Shown: positions 1 to 12,700 of the stretch, in pieces
Layout of the letters: each line of letters starts with the position of its first letter
Numbering within the stretch: position 1 is the stretch's first letter
Assembly: GCA_024626585.2 (NCBI GenBank)
Contig: JANKJI020000004.1
Coordinates: 106,995,413 to 107,018,029, forward strand
DNA from: Ginkgo biloba
Lineage: Eukaryota > Plantae > Ginkgophyta
Direction: 5' to 3'
DNA: 22,617 bases
The notes under the pieces: model-generated
What the model was told of the DNA's origin: nothing
Seen by the model: only the letters and a program-made list of their open reading frames with translations
Database searches by the model: none
Program-made: the position numbers and the translations under genes

Positions 1-49
1 AATGTTTCTCTTATCCTTCTAGTTTTTTTTACGAAGTGACCTCAGTGCC

Positions 50-960
50 TTTTCTAGATGTAGATTATAACAATTTATTTCACCACATCCAATATTCTTA
101 TAATATCACCACTTCTTGTTATGATCAAATCCATATTTATTATTATCTTTGTTATAAGAATATGATATGGAGGAATATCTTTTTTCTTGCATTTCTTGAA
201 ATGTTTACGAAGTTTTCTTTAATGAATCAACCTTAGAAGCAAAACTATAAGCTTCTTGTATAGAATGGAGTGACAATAGCTCTACCTCATGTTTGAGCTA
301 ATATTGTAAACCTCTTATAAATATTAGAACCATATTTTGGTTCTTTGATTTCCAACCTAATGGATAAATCCTAAAGCTTATAATAATCTTTAAGAGACTG
401 ACTGGTCTTCTAAAGAAAATGTTTCCATTTTAGGTATAATTCATTCATATAACTAAGAGGATACAAATTTCTTAAACTCTAACCAAGAAGTAATCAAAGG
501 TTTACTCTCTTTCTCCCTTTCTGAGTGGTAATATTCCTACTACAATAAGGCTTTGTGGGACATATTTAACCAAGTAAACATATGAATCAACATTCATTTT
601 TTCATCAACATTTTCATATCCACTTTGGATTTTACCCAAAATGATTGTTGGACTAAAGTTAGATTTAAAACATTTTGTATATTTTGTGAAGAAGAAGGAG
701 GCAAGATAGTAGAAGATAGAGGAGGAGAAATAGATGAAGAAAAAGCATGAGAAGTAGTTGAAGAATGAACCATTTGTGCTGGTGCCACTTTAAGTGGTGC
801 ACGTGCCGAAGATCCTTGAGTTTTTACCTGCACCATTAAGTTGACAAGCTCTTTTATCAACTTTTGGATCTTTCTCTACTCATTTTCCATTTGTTGCATC
901 ATGATTTACATTTGTTCCACTTGATGTTCAAGATTCCTTTAAGGGTACTCTCCCAACTAA
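50..960 (-). mobile_element. gag: Degenerate Ty3/gypsy gag remnant
   Basis: Manual minus-strand translation across stops and frameshifts gives a coiled-coil-like N-terminus, then KPLITSWLEFKKF, YPLSYMNELYLKWKHF, SQSLKDYY and FIRGLQY*LKHEVELLSLHSIQEAYSFASKVD. A decayed zinc knuckle (KNIGCGEINCYNLHLEK) follows. This matches the Retrotrans_gag pattern. Confidence 0.8.
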
Positions 961-1193
961 CTAAGTTGATCTCTTTCATCTTCTGAGGACGATTCAACTA
1001 TGAAAGGATTTGGAGGAGGCATTGAAGNNNNNNNNNNNNNNNNNNNNNNNNNNNNNNNNNNNNNNNNNNNNNNNNNNNNNNNNNNNNNNNNNNNNNNNNN
1101 NNNNNNNNNNNNNNNNNNNNNNNNNNNNNNNNNNNNNNNNNNNNNNNNNNNNNNNNNNNTTTAAATTCTAACTCCTCACACAAATAGCAGCCT

Positions 1194-1209
1194 ACTTTGA
1201 TACCAATTG
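1194..1209 (-). mobile_element. tRNA-Met primer binding site and 5' LTR 3' end
   Basis: The minus strand reads ...CATCA-AT-TGGTATCAAAGT, a 10/12 match to the canonical TGGTATCAGAGC. It lies 2 nt after a CA LTR end and upstream of gag. Confidence 0.75.
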
Positions 1210-1950
1210 ATGTGCCTTGGGGGTTGGTTCTTATAAAGACGGAACATTAAGAGTATGCGGAAGCAATAAATCCTCTAAGAGCAATCAAAAGAAATCTCCC
1301 CAAATTTGTTATTGTGAACAAGAAGCTTTTGCAATGTTGGGTGATTGCAATAACATGGGCTACGTCTAAGATTCTGTTCCAAAATTCCCTAGTTCCAAAT
1401 ACGAGAAAAAGGCGTGACATTTATTGTTGCTGTGGTGAGTTTCCTTGTCGATGCAATGGATTTTCCTAATAGGCGTAGCAACTTTTTTGGCCTACGCAAC
1501 TACTTTGCTAAAATGCAAAAAAGTGTTGCGTTCAAGTTTCTGCTCTAAAATCTTTGATTCCAAATACAAGGAAAAGGCGTAGTGTTTATTGTAAACACGA
1601 TGGGTTTCCTTGTAGATGCAACAAATTTTCCTGATTGTGTGGCAACTTTTCTTGCGTATGTGGAGGCTTTGCTAAAATGCAAAAAAGTACTAGAAACTTC
1701 TTCACACGTGCAAGAATTTGCACACAACCCAATAACACGATTTAGAAGGTGGCAATCAAATCCAAAGGAACTTATTTTCATGGAGAAAGAAGGCGATTTT
1801 CTCAAAGAAAATGAAGAAAGTGGATAGAACTTTGGAACTATTTATTAATGAAACGAGAGTGGAATACTTTGACTCAATGGAATCTCTCCAACTCAAAGAC
1901 TAGGCCCAAAGCAAATCATCCTCTAACATGAAGGCCAAGGATATCTTAAA
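1208..1950 (-). mobile_element. Putative 5' LTR of the gypsy element (far boundary not determined)
   Basis: Lies adjacent to the PBS with TG at 1208 on the + strand. The end coordinate is approximate. Confidence 0.45.
1383..1692. repeat. Two diverged ~165-bp tandem copies
   Basis: ccaaatac at 1395 and 1560; tttgctaaaatgcaaaaaagt at 1504 and 1668; shared aaaaggcgt, tttattgt, gtttccttgt and gcaactttt in the same order. Confidence 0.85.
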
Positions 1951-4900
1951 TAAATGAATCAATATAAAAAATAGAGCATAGTTATATAAAACTAATCCCA
2001 TGCAACCATTCATCTAACTGTATACTTTATATCCATGAAAGGAGTATTTTAGTTATTAAGTTTATGTATCCCATTTAAGTAGAAACCTTTATCGATACAA
2101 GTAATCCTTCTAAAATCATGGATGGTGAAAAAAATTACCATATAAGAGAAAACCTTTAGTGAAGGAAAAATCCTAATAAATGTAGGATAAATAAAAATAA
2201 ATCCTTACAAAAAGGAAACCAATAAGTCTTAACCCTCCTTTAGGACTCAATGAACAAAATTTCCTTGTAAAGTGTTAAGACCTCTTAGGATTACAATCCT
2301 CTAACTATACCATAAAACTTCCTACCAAGTCCTCAAGGCCCTACTATCTCATCCCACCCTTTGTAGAAACATAGATGGAGTATGCCTAATGGATGAGATG
2401 GGATGATTACCTCTAAATATAAGAGGATAAAACTATGAGGATGGAAAGGACATATTATAAAAGAGGTAAAACAAAGATAGGGAATGACATTTGCATATGG
2501 AAATATGGTTGATTGTTAAATGGGAACTTGTGAAGGAGTAGAAGAAGATATCATGGTGGGTAATGAAACGGTGAGTATATAAGTGTTTAATTAAAATTGA
2601 GTTAATTATTGTAATAAGAATGAAACATCCATAAGACTAGAGGTTCTCGTTTAGGTAGACATGAACCCATGGGTAATAGGATGAGATACTTATGGTAAAC
2701 TTGATTATATATGGATTGGTAGAGGAACCTAAAGAAGGCATAGATATATAAGGTGGCCCTTATGAAGGGACAAGNNNNNNNNNNNNNNNNNNNNNNNNNN
2801 NNNNNNNNNNNNNNNCGTGACTTGGAGTCAATTTGGAGTTGGATTGTTGAGCATGATTCAAAGACAATACTTTCTCAATTAGAAAAAAATGGAGGTATAA
2901 CATAAAAAATAATGTTTAATTTAGTATCTTGGGGGAATAATACATCTTGTATGACCTTAGGTAATGATACTAAATCCTATAATGGAATCCTAGGAAGCAT
3001 AATTGGAGGTGTAGTAGAAGCTTTAATTAGTGATGAGGGTGAATAAGACCCATGATGTTTCTATGAGATGAACATTAGAGAAATGTGAATCTTTGGGTCA
3101 TGGATGTCATTAAGAGATCTTGATGAAGGTGAATATGTATTGGGAGTTTTAGTATCTTGAAGAATTAATTTCTATTTCCCCATACTCTTTAGTGATCTCA
3201 AGCTTATTGGAATCATAATCTTATGAGGACATGGCTAAAATTTAGAAATCTTGGTCAAGGTTCCCTAAAGGAGAAAGACCTCTAAGACATCTAGAAAATT
3301 GAATGGGAGTAATTAATAGCATGCAATATTGTTGTCCACAAATAAGCATAGACAATGGTTAGGATAGGTATAGAATTTTGACTAATTAACTAAGAAAGAA
3401 AATCTAATATATAACAAAACATAGGCCAAAGCCAAAAGATAAGGCAACTAGCTAGAAAAATGAACAAATAAATAGCCAAAAAAAAGTGTAAAGGGGCTTA
3501 TTATGTTTAAAATTTGTTGAAGTGGAATTAATGTTCCTTTTAAAGTTAGAATGCAAATGAAATATAAGTGAGAATGACTTCCTTTCAAGTATCATGTGTT
3601 GTGGCTAAGAATAAGGCATTCGAGACCCACAAAAGATGGAGGTAATTAGCTCCCCCACACTCTCAAGATAAGAAGGGAAATCTAAAAAGGAATCTAGATA
3701 TACCAACTTGTACAAACTAATATCAAGGAAGACTCTTAGAATACATCATTTGTCTCGAAAGGAGATTAATTTCTTAAGCCTTACAAACTCTCTTAACACA
3801 AGATCATACACTTTAGATTTTCACCCCCATAAGGATATCGACTTTGAAAGGCTCCCATATAATCCTAAATTAACCTATATTTCTATTATTTGANNNNNNN
3901 NNNNNNNNNNNNNNNNNNNNNNNNNNNNNNNNNNNNNNNNNNNNNNNNNNNNNNNNNNNNNNNNNNNNNNNNNNNNNNNNNNNNNNNNNNNNNNNNNNNN
4001 NNNNNNNNNNNNNNNNNNNNNNNNNNNNNNNNNNNNNNNNNNNNNNNNNNNNNNNNNNNNNNNNNNNNNNNNNNNNNNNNNNNNNNNNNNNNNNNNNNNN
4101 NNNNNNNNNNNNNNNNNNNNNNNNNNNNNNNNNNNNNNNNNNNNNNNNNNNNNNNNNNNNNNNNNNNNNNNNNNNNNNNNNNNNNNNNNNNNNNNNNNNN
4201 NNNNNNNNNNNNNNNNNNNNNNNNNNNNNNNNNNNNNNNNNNNNNNNNNNNNNNNNNNNNNNNNNNNNNNNNNNNNNNNNNNNNNNNNNNNNNNNNNNNN
4301 NNNNNNNNNNNNNNNNNNNNNNNNNNNNNNNNNNNNNNNNNNNNNNNNNNNNNNNNNNNNNNNNNNNNNNNNNNNNNNNNNNNNNNNNNNNNNNNTGCAA
4401 GGGAAAAATACACTACATCTAAATTAAAAAAGGGCACTATGTAGGAAAAGGCACTACATCACAGTGAGGAAAAGGCATTGAATTGATGGGAAAAACTAGT
4501 GGCACATATAAATGCAAAAAAAATGAAATTTAAAAAAATGTGGAATGCAATAGACTTGTGACCAAAATTAAAAGAGGCTCCAACATCAAATAGTTCATTA
4601 AGGATTAATCTAATATTTCTTAGAAAAGATATAAAAACTGGTATGGTCATCAATTATGCTATATCTAATTACTACCCCTATGGATAAGATAAATTAGATG
4701 AAGTAATAAATTGGAAAAATATAACAAGCATGACTAAGTGTAGAATTTAGGTGATATAGTGTGGTCGGTGACACCCTATTGCATGTCACACAAATGTGCA
4801 CACGCCCTTGAAATTCCTTTGAAAATACTTAGTTTGCTCTTTATCCTGTTGGACATCGGCCACAACAAAATTGACACTGGCGTTGTATTATTTTCCCCCC

Positions 4901-5008
4901 ATTGACATCAAAACCCACAGATCTTTGTCAATCATCAGGCTGCTCCAAATCTTCACACAATGTCATCACCACCCTTCCTTCTAATATCTCAGCAGACAAA
5001 CATGCTAA

Positions 5009-5440
5009 TGATGCTGATGAGCTCCTAACATGGAGTCCAAGGTCTTTCAAGTTAGTTATAAATTCACTGACAACCCACAGGAATTCAATCACAAAAATGA
5101 TTTATCATTTAGTAGCATAAAAATAAGTATTAATGCACATAAAAATATCAAGGGAATACATGATATTTTAACTAGAGAAAACCTCACGGGGAATGAAACT
5201 CCATATGCATTAACAATCAATAATTTTACCAATTACACAAGCCTCTATAACTCTTCCTTATTATCAAAGGGCCAATATAATCAATAACACATAGATCAAA
5301 CCATTGGGCCATTGTCCCTGAACCATGAACTACCTCACTCAGTGTGTCTGCTCAGCCTTCCTTAGGTAATATGTCTCTAGTGGATTCTTCAATGTCTCAA
5401 TTTACAAACCTCAAGACAAAATTTTACATCATCCCACCTA
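5009..5440 (-). mobile_element. Possible LTR preceded by a polypurine tract
   Basis: The minus strand reads TAGGTGGGATGA then TGTAAAA at 5428. A TGATG at ~5009-5015 could be the other end. A gagaaaacct motif is shared with ~2146. No partner LTR or target-site duplication was found. Confidence 0.3.
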
Positions 5441-5969
5441 AGTTTCCTCTCCCTCGATGGTCTACCCAATCACTCAATCTTTGCTAGCTACTATGGAAGT
5501 CTTCTCAACCTTCACACAAATAAAAAAGCTAACCCTCTTCTTCAACCAGCTATAAAACCCTTTTCACACTGGATTTTATAATTGATCTTCAACTATCACA
5601 AACAGCTAGTGCATAATGTCTTCTTCATATCTAATAGATGGATTAGGTGATCTATTAATGTTGCAATGGCTCCTAGTCATAAATACCTACAATGATATTC
5701 TTAGTCTTTGCCATCCTCTTCTTCATCTTCCTCATTCACCTAGTAGATGAAATATTGAATTCTTTCTTTGTACTAGTAATGGTCTCTTGATCATGCCTTT
5801 CCTTCCTTAGGTGTATGAATTTGAATTTAAATGATTTCCTTGAGTCACATAAGACTCATCCTGATGTTGGTCTCTANNNNNNNNNNNNNNNNNNNCATAG
5901 CTTTCCTTTTTTACCTCCAAGTCATTTTCTCTCAATGGGCCAAACTCATATCATTTTTATTCTCCCTTC

Positions 5970-6716
5970 ATTTGATGATGTCAATTTTCCCTAACTCATG
6001 TCGATGTCTCCTTTATTTACTCTAATCATATTGGTCTCTAATACTCCTTGTCGACGTCGATGTCAATCTCATCTAACGGTGTTGATATATGCATGTCATA
6101 TCTTCGATGATATTGATTTTCTTTGCTATCTTCACTGATGATGTTGGCCTTCACCTCTGCCTCCCCTGATGATGTTGGTGAAATCCATTGATGTCAGGCT
6201 CCCATGCTACTCCACTGACAATGTCATTTTATAACACAACTCACTAAGGATGTTAGCCTCTGCTTTTCTTCTTTTGAAAACATCGATATTTTCTTTCTCT
6301 TATCTTCGATGATGTCGATGAATAAATCCTATGTCAAGAAAATCTTCATTGTTCCTGGGCACTCGTCGCTTTCTAGCATGCACCCCTTTCATTATTCCTA
6401 GGAATTCATCACACTTAAGTGTGGACTCCTTTTTAAATAATCCATTGATGATGACATTTTTCAATGTCTCATCGATGATATTGGATTGCGATGTAACTTT
6501 GTTAATGTTGTCAGCCTATCATGTTTTCTCACTAATGCAACTCTTCACCTTCTGTCAACCCATTGACGATGTCAGTCCATTATATATCTTTTTGATGATG
6601 TCATCATCCCTTTGCTACTCCATCAATGATGTTGATCTCTAACATAACTTGATAGGCGACGTCGATTTATATTTTTTCCCACCGACACGGTTCCTCGCAA
6701 AATGTTGTCAGCCTAC
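5970..6716. repeat. Degenerate ~30-bp-period array with core CAYYGAYGAYGTYRRY
   Basis: Cores lie at about 6102, 6133, 6164, 6213, 6242, 6271, 6304, 6442, 6470, 6500, 6530, 6561, 6590, 6621, 6650 and 6680. Confidence 0.75.
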
Positions 6717-6722
6717 CCAAAA

Positions 6723-6781
6723 TACTTATATACATATATAGATAGATAGATATACACATATACTTATATATACATATATAT
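6723..6781. repeat. (TA)n/(GATA)n compound microsatellite
   Basis: tacttatatacatatata occurs twice with gata repeats between, and runs into an N gap. Confidence 0.85.
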
Positions 6782-9700
6782 NNNNNNNNNNNNNNNNNNN
6801 NNNNNNNNNNNNNNNNNNNNNNNNNNNNNNNNNNNNNNNNNNNNNNNNNNNNNNNNNNNNNNNNNNNNNNNNNNNNNNNNNTAAAAAGAGAACAAAAGAA
6901 GATTCATGAATATAGTTTACTTGAAAATATTGTTGAGAAGGACACTAAGACCAACATTATTTTCATATATAATAAGAAGCTCAAGATTCAATCAAATGAA
7001 AATGTTGAGATTGAGAAACTCAGGCCTCTTAATTGGACATATCTAAAGTGTTATCAACAACTCTAAAAAAACTTGTAATATTCCGAAATATTAATTTACA
7101 AGAAAAGGAAACACCTTTTACCTTTTTCTCCTTTTAGTTTTTTATATTAATTTACATAATATAAAATTCTACTAAGTGATTCCCACATATGTAACATATA
7201 CCCATGGTTCTTAAAGAATTGATTAATTGATGATATTCCCACTGCCTTGACTTCACTATGGTATATACAAGTCTATTTAGTTGTAATTCATATCTGCTTC
7301 ATTACATTCGCTACAAAAATAATATATTAATTCTTAAAAAATAATTATTATCATTATTCTAGGTCAAAACCCTGGTTAACTTCTTTGTTTGACTTATAAT
7401 ACTAAGAAATTTTAGTTTATAAGAAAAATAACAACTAATACACAGATGGGATTCTATGTAATATATACTTCCAACTCAAATTTAATTATAGAGTATATAA
7501 TAGGTGGGATTCTTAGGATGCGTGGAGTTATGATTTTAGGACTATTATTGGATGAAATTTCTTTTGATAGAGGGTTTTAAGAGTATATAGTCATGTAAAT
7601 TGATCCCCTTCAATAAAAAATTCCTCTTGGTAAATTGATTCCCAAGAAGATCATGCTCATCTCTTCTTCTTTATATCTAATATTCATTTTTTAATAAAAG
7701 GAGAAAATACCAATTTAAAGAGACAATCATTTTTATCCAAACTCTAATTTGTACATATAAATGAACTTTAAAAAAATTACCCCTTAATCCCATTATATAT
7801 AATGGGATTAAGGTNNNNNNNNNNNNNNNNNNNNNTTAATCATGTAGTTTGCACAAGAACCTATGGTGACCCCCCTAAGGAATGGTCATCAAGCCTTATG
7901 AATATCCAAAGGTATAATGTCAAGTCTTCTCAAATGATCTCTATACAAGAATTCAACACAAGATGTCATATTAAATGCAATACAATGATAGATGCTATAA
8001 TAGAGATCCACCCTTTTACCTTATAAACAAAGGGTATTTACATGATAAAATAGGCTCATGACCTTGATATTGGCAAAAAATCATAAAGTGCCATAAAAGT
8101 ATATCACATAAACCTATGTAAGTTTCACAAGGTCATAAGCTCACTTTTGATATAAATGGTGATGTTCATATTTTTAATTTATGCAATAACATCATAACAG
8201 AAAACCATAATTATATGTTGAATGTTATGAAATATAAATGAACCAATGAGACACCATACACACACCTTTATCTATGATCCATAGTGTGTAAAAGGCCCAT
8301 GTGTAAATATATAATATGATGTAAAATGGACATATAATAAAATATTCATTAGAATCAAAGTGCCATGTGAAATATCATAACATAAATACATGAGAGCAAT
8401 GTGTAAATAACATGTGGCCCTATAAGAAAGGTGATAAATGGATAAATATCACATAATAGGATATAAATATAATTAAGTGTGGCATAACTATATATCAATG
8501 ATATGTAACCTTTTTTAAATGAGTAATATGATCCTTTATATATACACAAAAATAGAAAAAAACTACTCAAATAAGTAGTGCAAATGATNNNNNNNNNNNN
8601 NNNNNNNNNNNNNNNNNNNNNNNNNNNNNNNNNNNNNNNNNNNNNNNNNNNNNNNNNNNNNNNNNNNNNNNNNNNNNNNNNNNNNNNNTTATATCAAAAG
8701 ACTAATGTGGCAAGATAATTAATGATGTAGGTGGCCACACAATACAATACCTATAGGAATCAAGGGGCCATGTGAAGGATCATAAGGTAGATGCATGGGA
8801 GCATTGTGTGAGTAAGATGTGTCCATACAATATAAGTGATGAATATCATATGATAGGATAAAAATATAAGAAAATGTCACATAAATGATGAAAGGATAAA
8901 CTAACAGGTGAAAAATATGTAATATGGCTCCATATATATACACAACAATGGCAAAAATCACCCAAATATGTAGTACAAATGCAAAGATGCAAAAAAGGGT
9001 GATAACACACATATAAGCATGTTATCATATGCATGATATCTCATTAGACTCCCTTAATGCATGCCATCACTTGTTATAAAATAATTTATCAATCATTTTT
9101 TTAACAATCAATGATGTAGTCATGGGGATGCTTCAGATATTGAGTTATCACATGTTATGCTTCATTGCTCTTGCTCTTAGTAATCATTACTACATTCAAG
9201 ATTTTAAGTGTAGGATTTCGTGGTGAAATCCTACTATTATCTCATGTCATTTAACCTTAAATTCAAGCATTAATAGGTAAGTAGTAAGAACTTGTTTTAT
9301 CATATCAAACATAGTTTAGCAAGGCTAAACAAGCCAAAATTAATGAAAATTATTATAATATATCACATTGAACAACCATGCATAAAAAATTCCTTTGTTT
9401 CAATAGTAAATATCTTAAATTCATATGAACAAGAAGAAATCCATTATGAAATTTGAAAGTGATAATAATACCAAATAAGTAAGAGTAAGATGCAAAGACA
9501 TTAAATCTTAAAGCCCTACGACTTAAGTTTCTTTTAGGCCGATTCAAAGAAATTTCTAGGTAACCTTAAGCAAGTTCTTTGCTACGAACAATAATGGATT
9601 ATGGCCAAACCTTCTTTGGTTGAAATATGATAAAGTGGTAGGTGAAATTCTCTTAAAGATAAGAAAGAAGTACCACATAACTATATGACCTAAATTTAAC

Positions 9701-12700
9701 CTCTTAAAATTGAAGTAGATTAGGTGAAGTTATCTTGGAGGAGATAAAATGGCATCGTGAGGTAAAATCATAGTAGATAGGGGGGGAAGTAAAAAGAATA
9801 GAGTGAAGTAGCAAAAGGCAGAGAGAGAAATATTAATGATGAGATGGAAGGCTAAAGTGTATATTTGCATCCAGATAACATTTGAGTTATGTGGATTTGC
9901 TTAACCTTGGGTTATTCTAACTTTGGTTTAACCAATCCTAAGTTAATTTGAGTTGGCTCCACAAAGCCTGTGTTGGAACTAAGATAATCTTTATCTTACT
10001 TTGGAAAAACACTTTAGGTTCTTATTTGGCCCTTCTATTAATGTTTTTAAGGCGGCCTTCATTGTCCCTACAATTATCAACTATGCCCAACTTTTGTGGT
10101 CCTTAGACATTTTAAAGAAATAGTAAGACCATAGAAGTCTCTATGCACTCACTTAATTTATCCATCGTCAACATCAACAAAATGTAAGATTCAACCACAG
10201 TACTAATAATCTCAACTTACAAGAGGAAGTAAGTTATGAGTGAATTTAACTAATGGTGCATAAAAGCATTTAAAGCCAAGCTTTTGGACAAATGATTAAA
10301 GAAGCCTATATGACTCAAATTCTCTTAGATATACTTGTCAACTCAACCCACCATTCACCGTAGAGCTAATTTTAGTGATATTTAATGCATTGATTAACCT
10401 AATTAATGCAATGTCATTTTGCATTAAAATCCTTCTCCAATTAAAAAAACTTAAGGCTCAAAAGAATTAAAGTAGCATTGTGAAAAGATATAAGCACTCC
10501 TTAGGATTAGTTTCACCTCCTTTATTATCAAGTAGATGAGGAGAGAATAAGATTTATTAGGGTCCTTGTATACTCAAGTGAAATTATTGAAGAACTTCAA
10601 ACCATACATGATTGTTAATTGGCCTAAGAAAGAACATTCCATATTTAGTAAAGAGCATTTTTTTTTTTTTTGTTAATCTCAATCACTCTAAGAAAGAGTT
10701 TTAGTCCATCTTTGAAAAANNNNNNNNNNNNNNNNNNNNNNNNNNNNNNNNNNNNNNNNNNNNNNNNNCATTCTAAGCAAGAAAATCAACCCATACTATG
10801 AAAAAGAGAACACTATTACTTTTTTTAAGTATGACAATCCATGATCAAACTAATGAATAATCAAATCAATTGGTCAAAACTATGATCAACTAGGCTATCT
10901 ACTTCATAAAACTAATATTAACCTCCTCTATGCTATTGTAAAAAAGAAATGCACATGCAATTTATTGAGAAAGTTNNNNNNNNNNNNNNNNNNNNNNNNN
11001 NNNNNNNNNNNNNNNNNNNNNNNNNNNNNNNNNNNNNNNNNNNNNNNNNNNNNNNNNNNNNNNNNNNNNNNNNNNNNNNNNNNNNNNNNNNNNNNNNNNN
11101 NNNNNNNNNNNNNNNNNNNNNNNNNNNNNNNNNNNNNNNNNNNNNNNNNNNNNNNNAGTTGGTGTATATTTCTATGTTTTTCTCCACTCACCTTTTCAAA
11201 TGACTTCAACGATTAATATCATTGTCATCAAGATTCGAGTCGAATTAGTCTTCTCACAATGAAGTGTACGCTTTGGATGAAAATAGTTTAGTCGGTGCAT
11301 GTTTTCTATTTGCTCCACTATCCTTTTCTTATGCTTTCAAAGCTTGACTTCTTTTCCATTAAGATTTTATTTTATTACTTTTCCCATGGATGTAGGCGGT
11401 GGGGGGAAGAGATCTATGAAGTTTCATGTCTTACCCCACTTACATTTTAATCTAACCTTTACCTCTTTGTCACTAAAATTTAATTTGAAGTACTTGTCCC
11501 ACAATAATTTATGACTTCAATGGCTTTTATAAAATCAAACGAAAAGGTCATCATGGTCGTTTGGTAGATGTAGATATTCCTAAATGATACTTGAAGTTGC
11601 CAGTGAATGTGGCAATTATTATGCTTTAGGACATTAATCATCTTCACAATTCCAACTCTTATAGACCAAGTCTTCTTCTNNNNNNNNNNNNNNNNNNNNN
11701 NNNNNNNNNNNCACTATGGACTAGTGCTAATAGAGTTAAAGCCTTATGGACTTTGCTACTTTCAAAGCCACCATGTGGCATTCCATGCAAACTAAAATTG
11801 TGCCCACCCACTGAAACTAATGCCTTAGATACTTTTGGAATTTACATGTCTTAAATGCATTTGGAATATAGTACTCTGATAACTAGGTAGTGCCTACAAG
11901 GCTTTAGATGTAACCCTTTTATTACGACTAATAGGGGGCTTCACAAAACGTGTAGAAACCACTAAGTAAATGTAGGAGCAGTTGGACTGCTTAAGAGCAA
12001 ATATGGTCTCATGGAATGGCAAAGCTTTCTAGTTGAGTAATTATAGAAGCACAAAAATAAAAATTACAGAGGAATGAAGAAATCAGAGAAGTCAAAATTG
12101 CATGCACTAAATTAAGATAGAAAAAATAATATCTCATGAAAGAATATCAAAAAAATATTACTTGTGAACTTCTACTATGTAGGAGCTAAGCCTAGTTGCC
12201 CTCTTTAACATCCATTAGAAAACTCTCCCCAAACCACATGGGCTCAATGATTTTCAACAAAGATTTTTTTCAGCCCTTAGTAGACTTCGTTGTGCCTTCA
12301 TGGGACCACAACTCTTGTAAAAGTATACCCTGCCCCGCATGGGACCCACATCTAAGCTTTCAAATCAAACAAATTACCTTCTGATTTTTGGGCTTGGGAC
12401 TATTTGTTATGGCATTTTGGATAGCAACTAATAAACTGTAGTGGAAGAAAGTGGATTATTAACGATAGAGTAGACTATCCAGGCCTATGTTTACTTTTAA
12501 GACTTACTAATTACATCATTACAATCCCATAATTTTCTTTTACAGGCTTGTAGATAGATGCATTTCCGTTGATTCCATCGCGCGAACATTTTTTGACTTC
12601 ATTCATTCTGCCTTATTAATTGACATTAAGAAATCCCNNNNNNNNNNNNNNNNNNNGATAAAAGCATCTCCATATGAGAGCATGCACAATATTAAATACT

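Noticed and set aside
5970-6716. CRISPR-like repeat-spacer array
   Set aside because: The context is eukaryotic, the cores are short and highly degenerate, the spacers are only ~14 nt and there are no cas genes.
8355-9034. Hydrophobic minus-strand ORFs resembling membrane proteins
   Set aside because: The I/Y/F/H bias follows from AT-rich low-complexity, probably TE-derived DNA. There is no recognisable domain or splice structure.
9210-9250. Helitron 3' end
   Set aside because: No CTRR terminus is properly placed after the hairpin on either strand.
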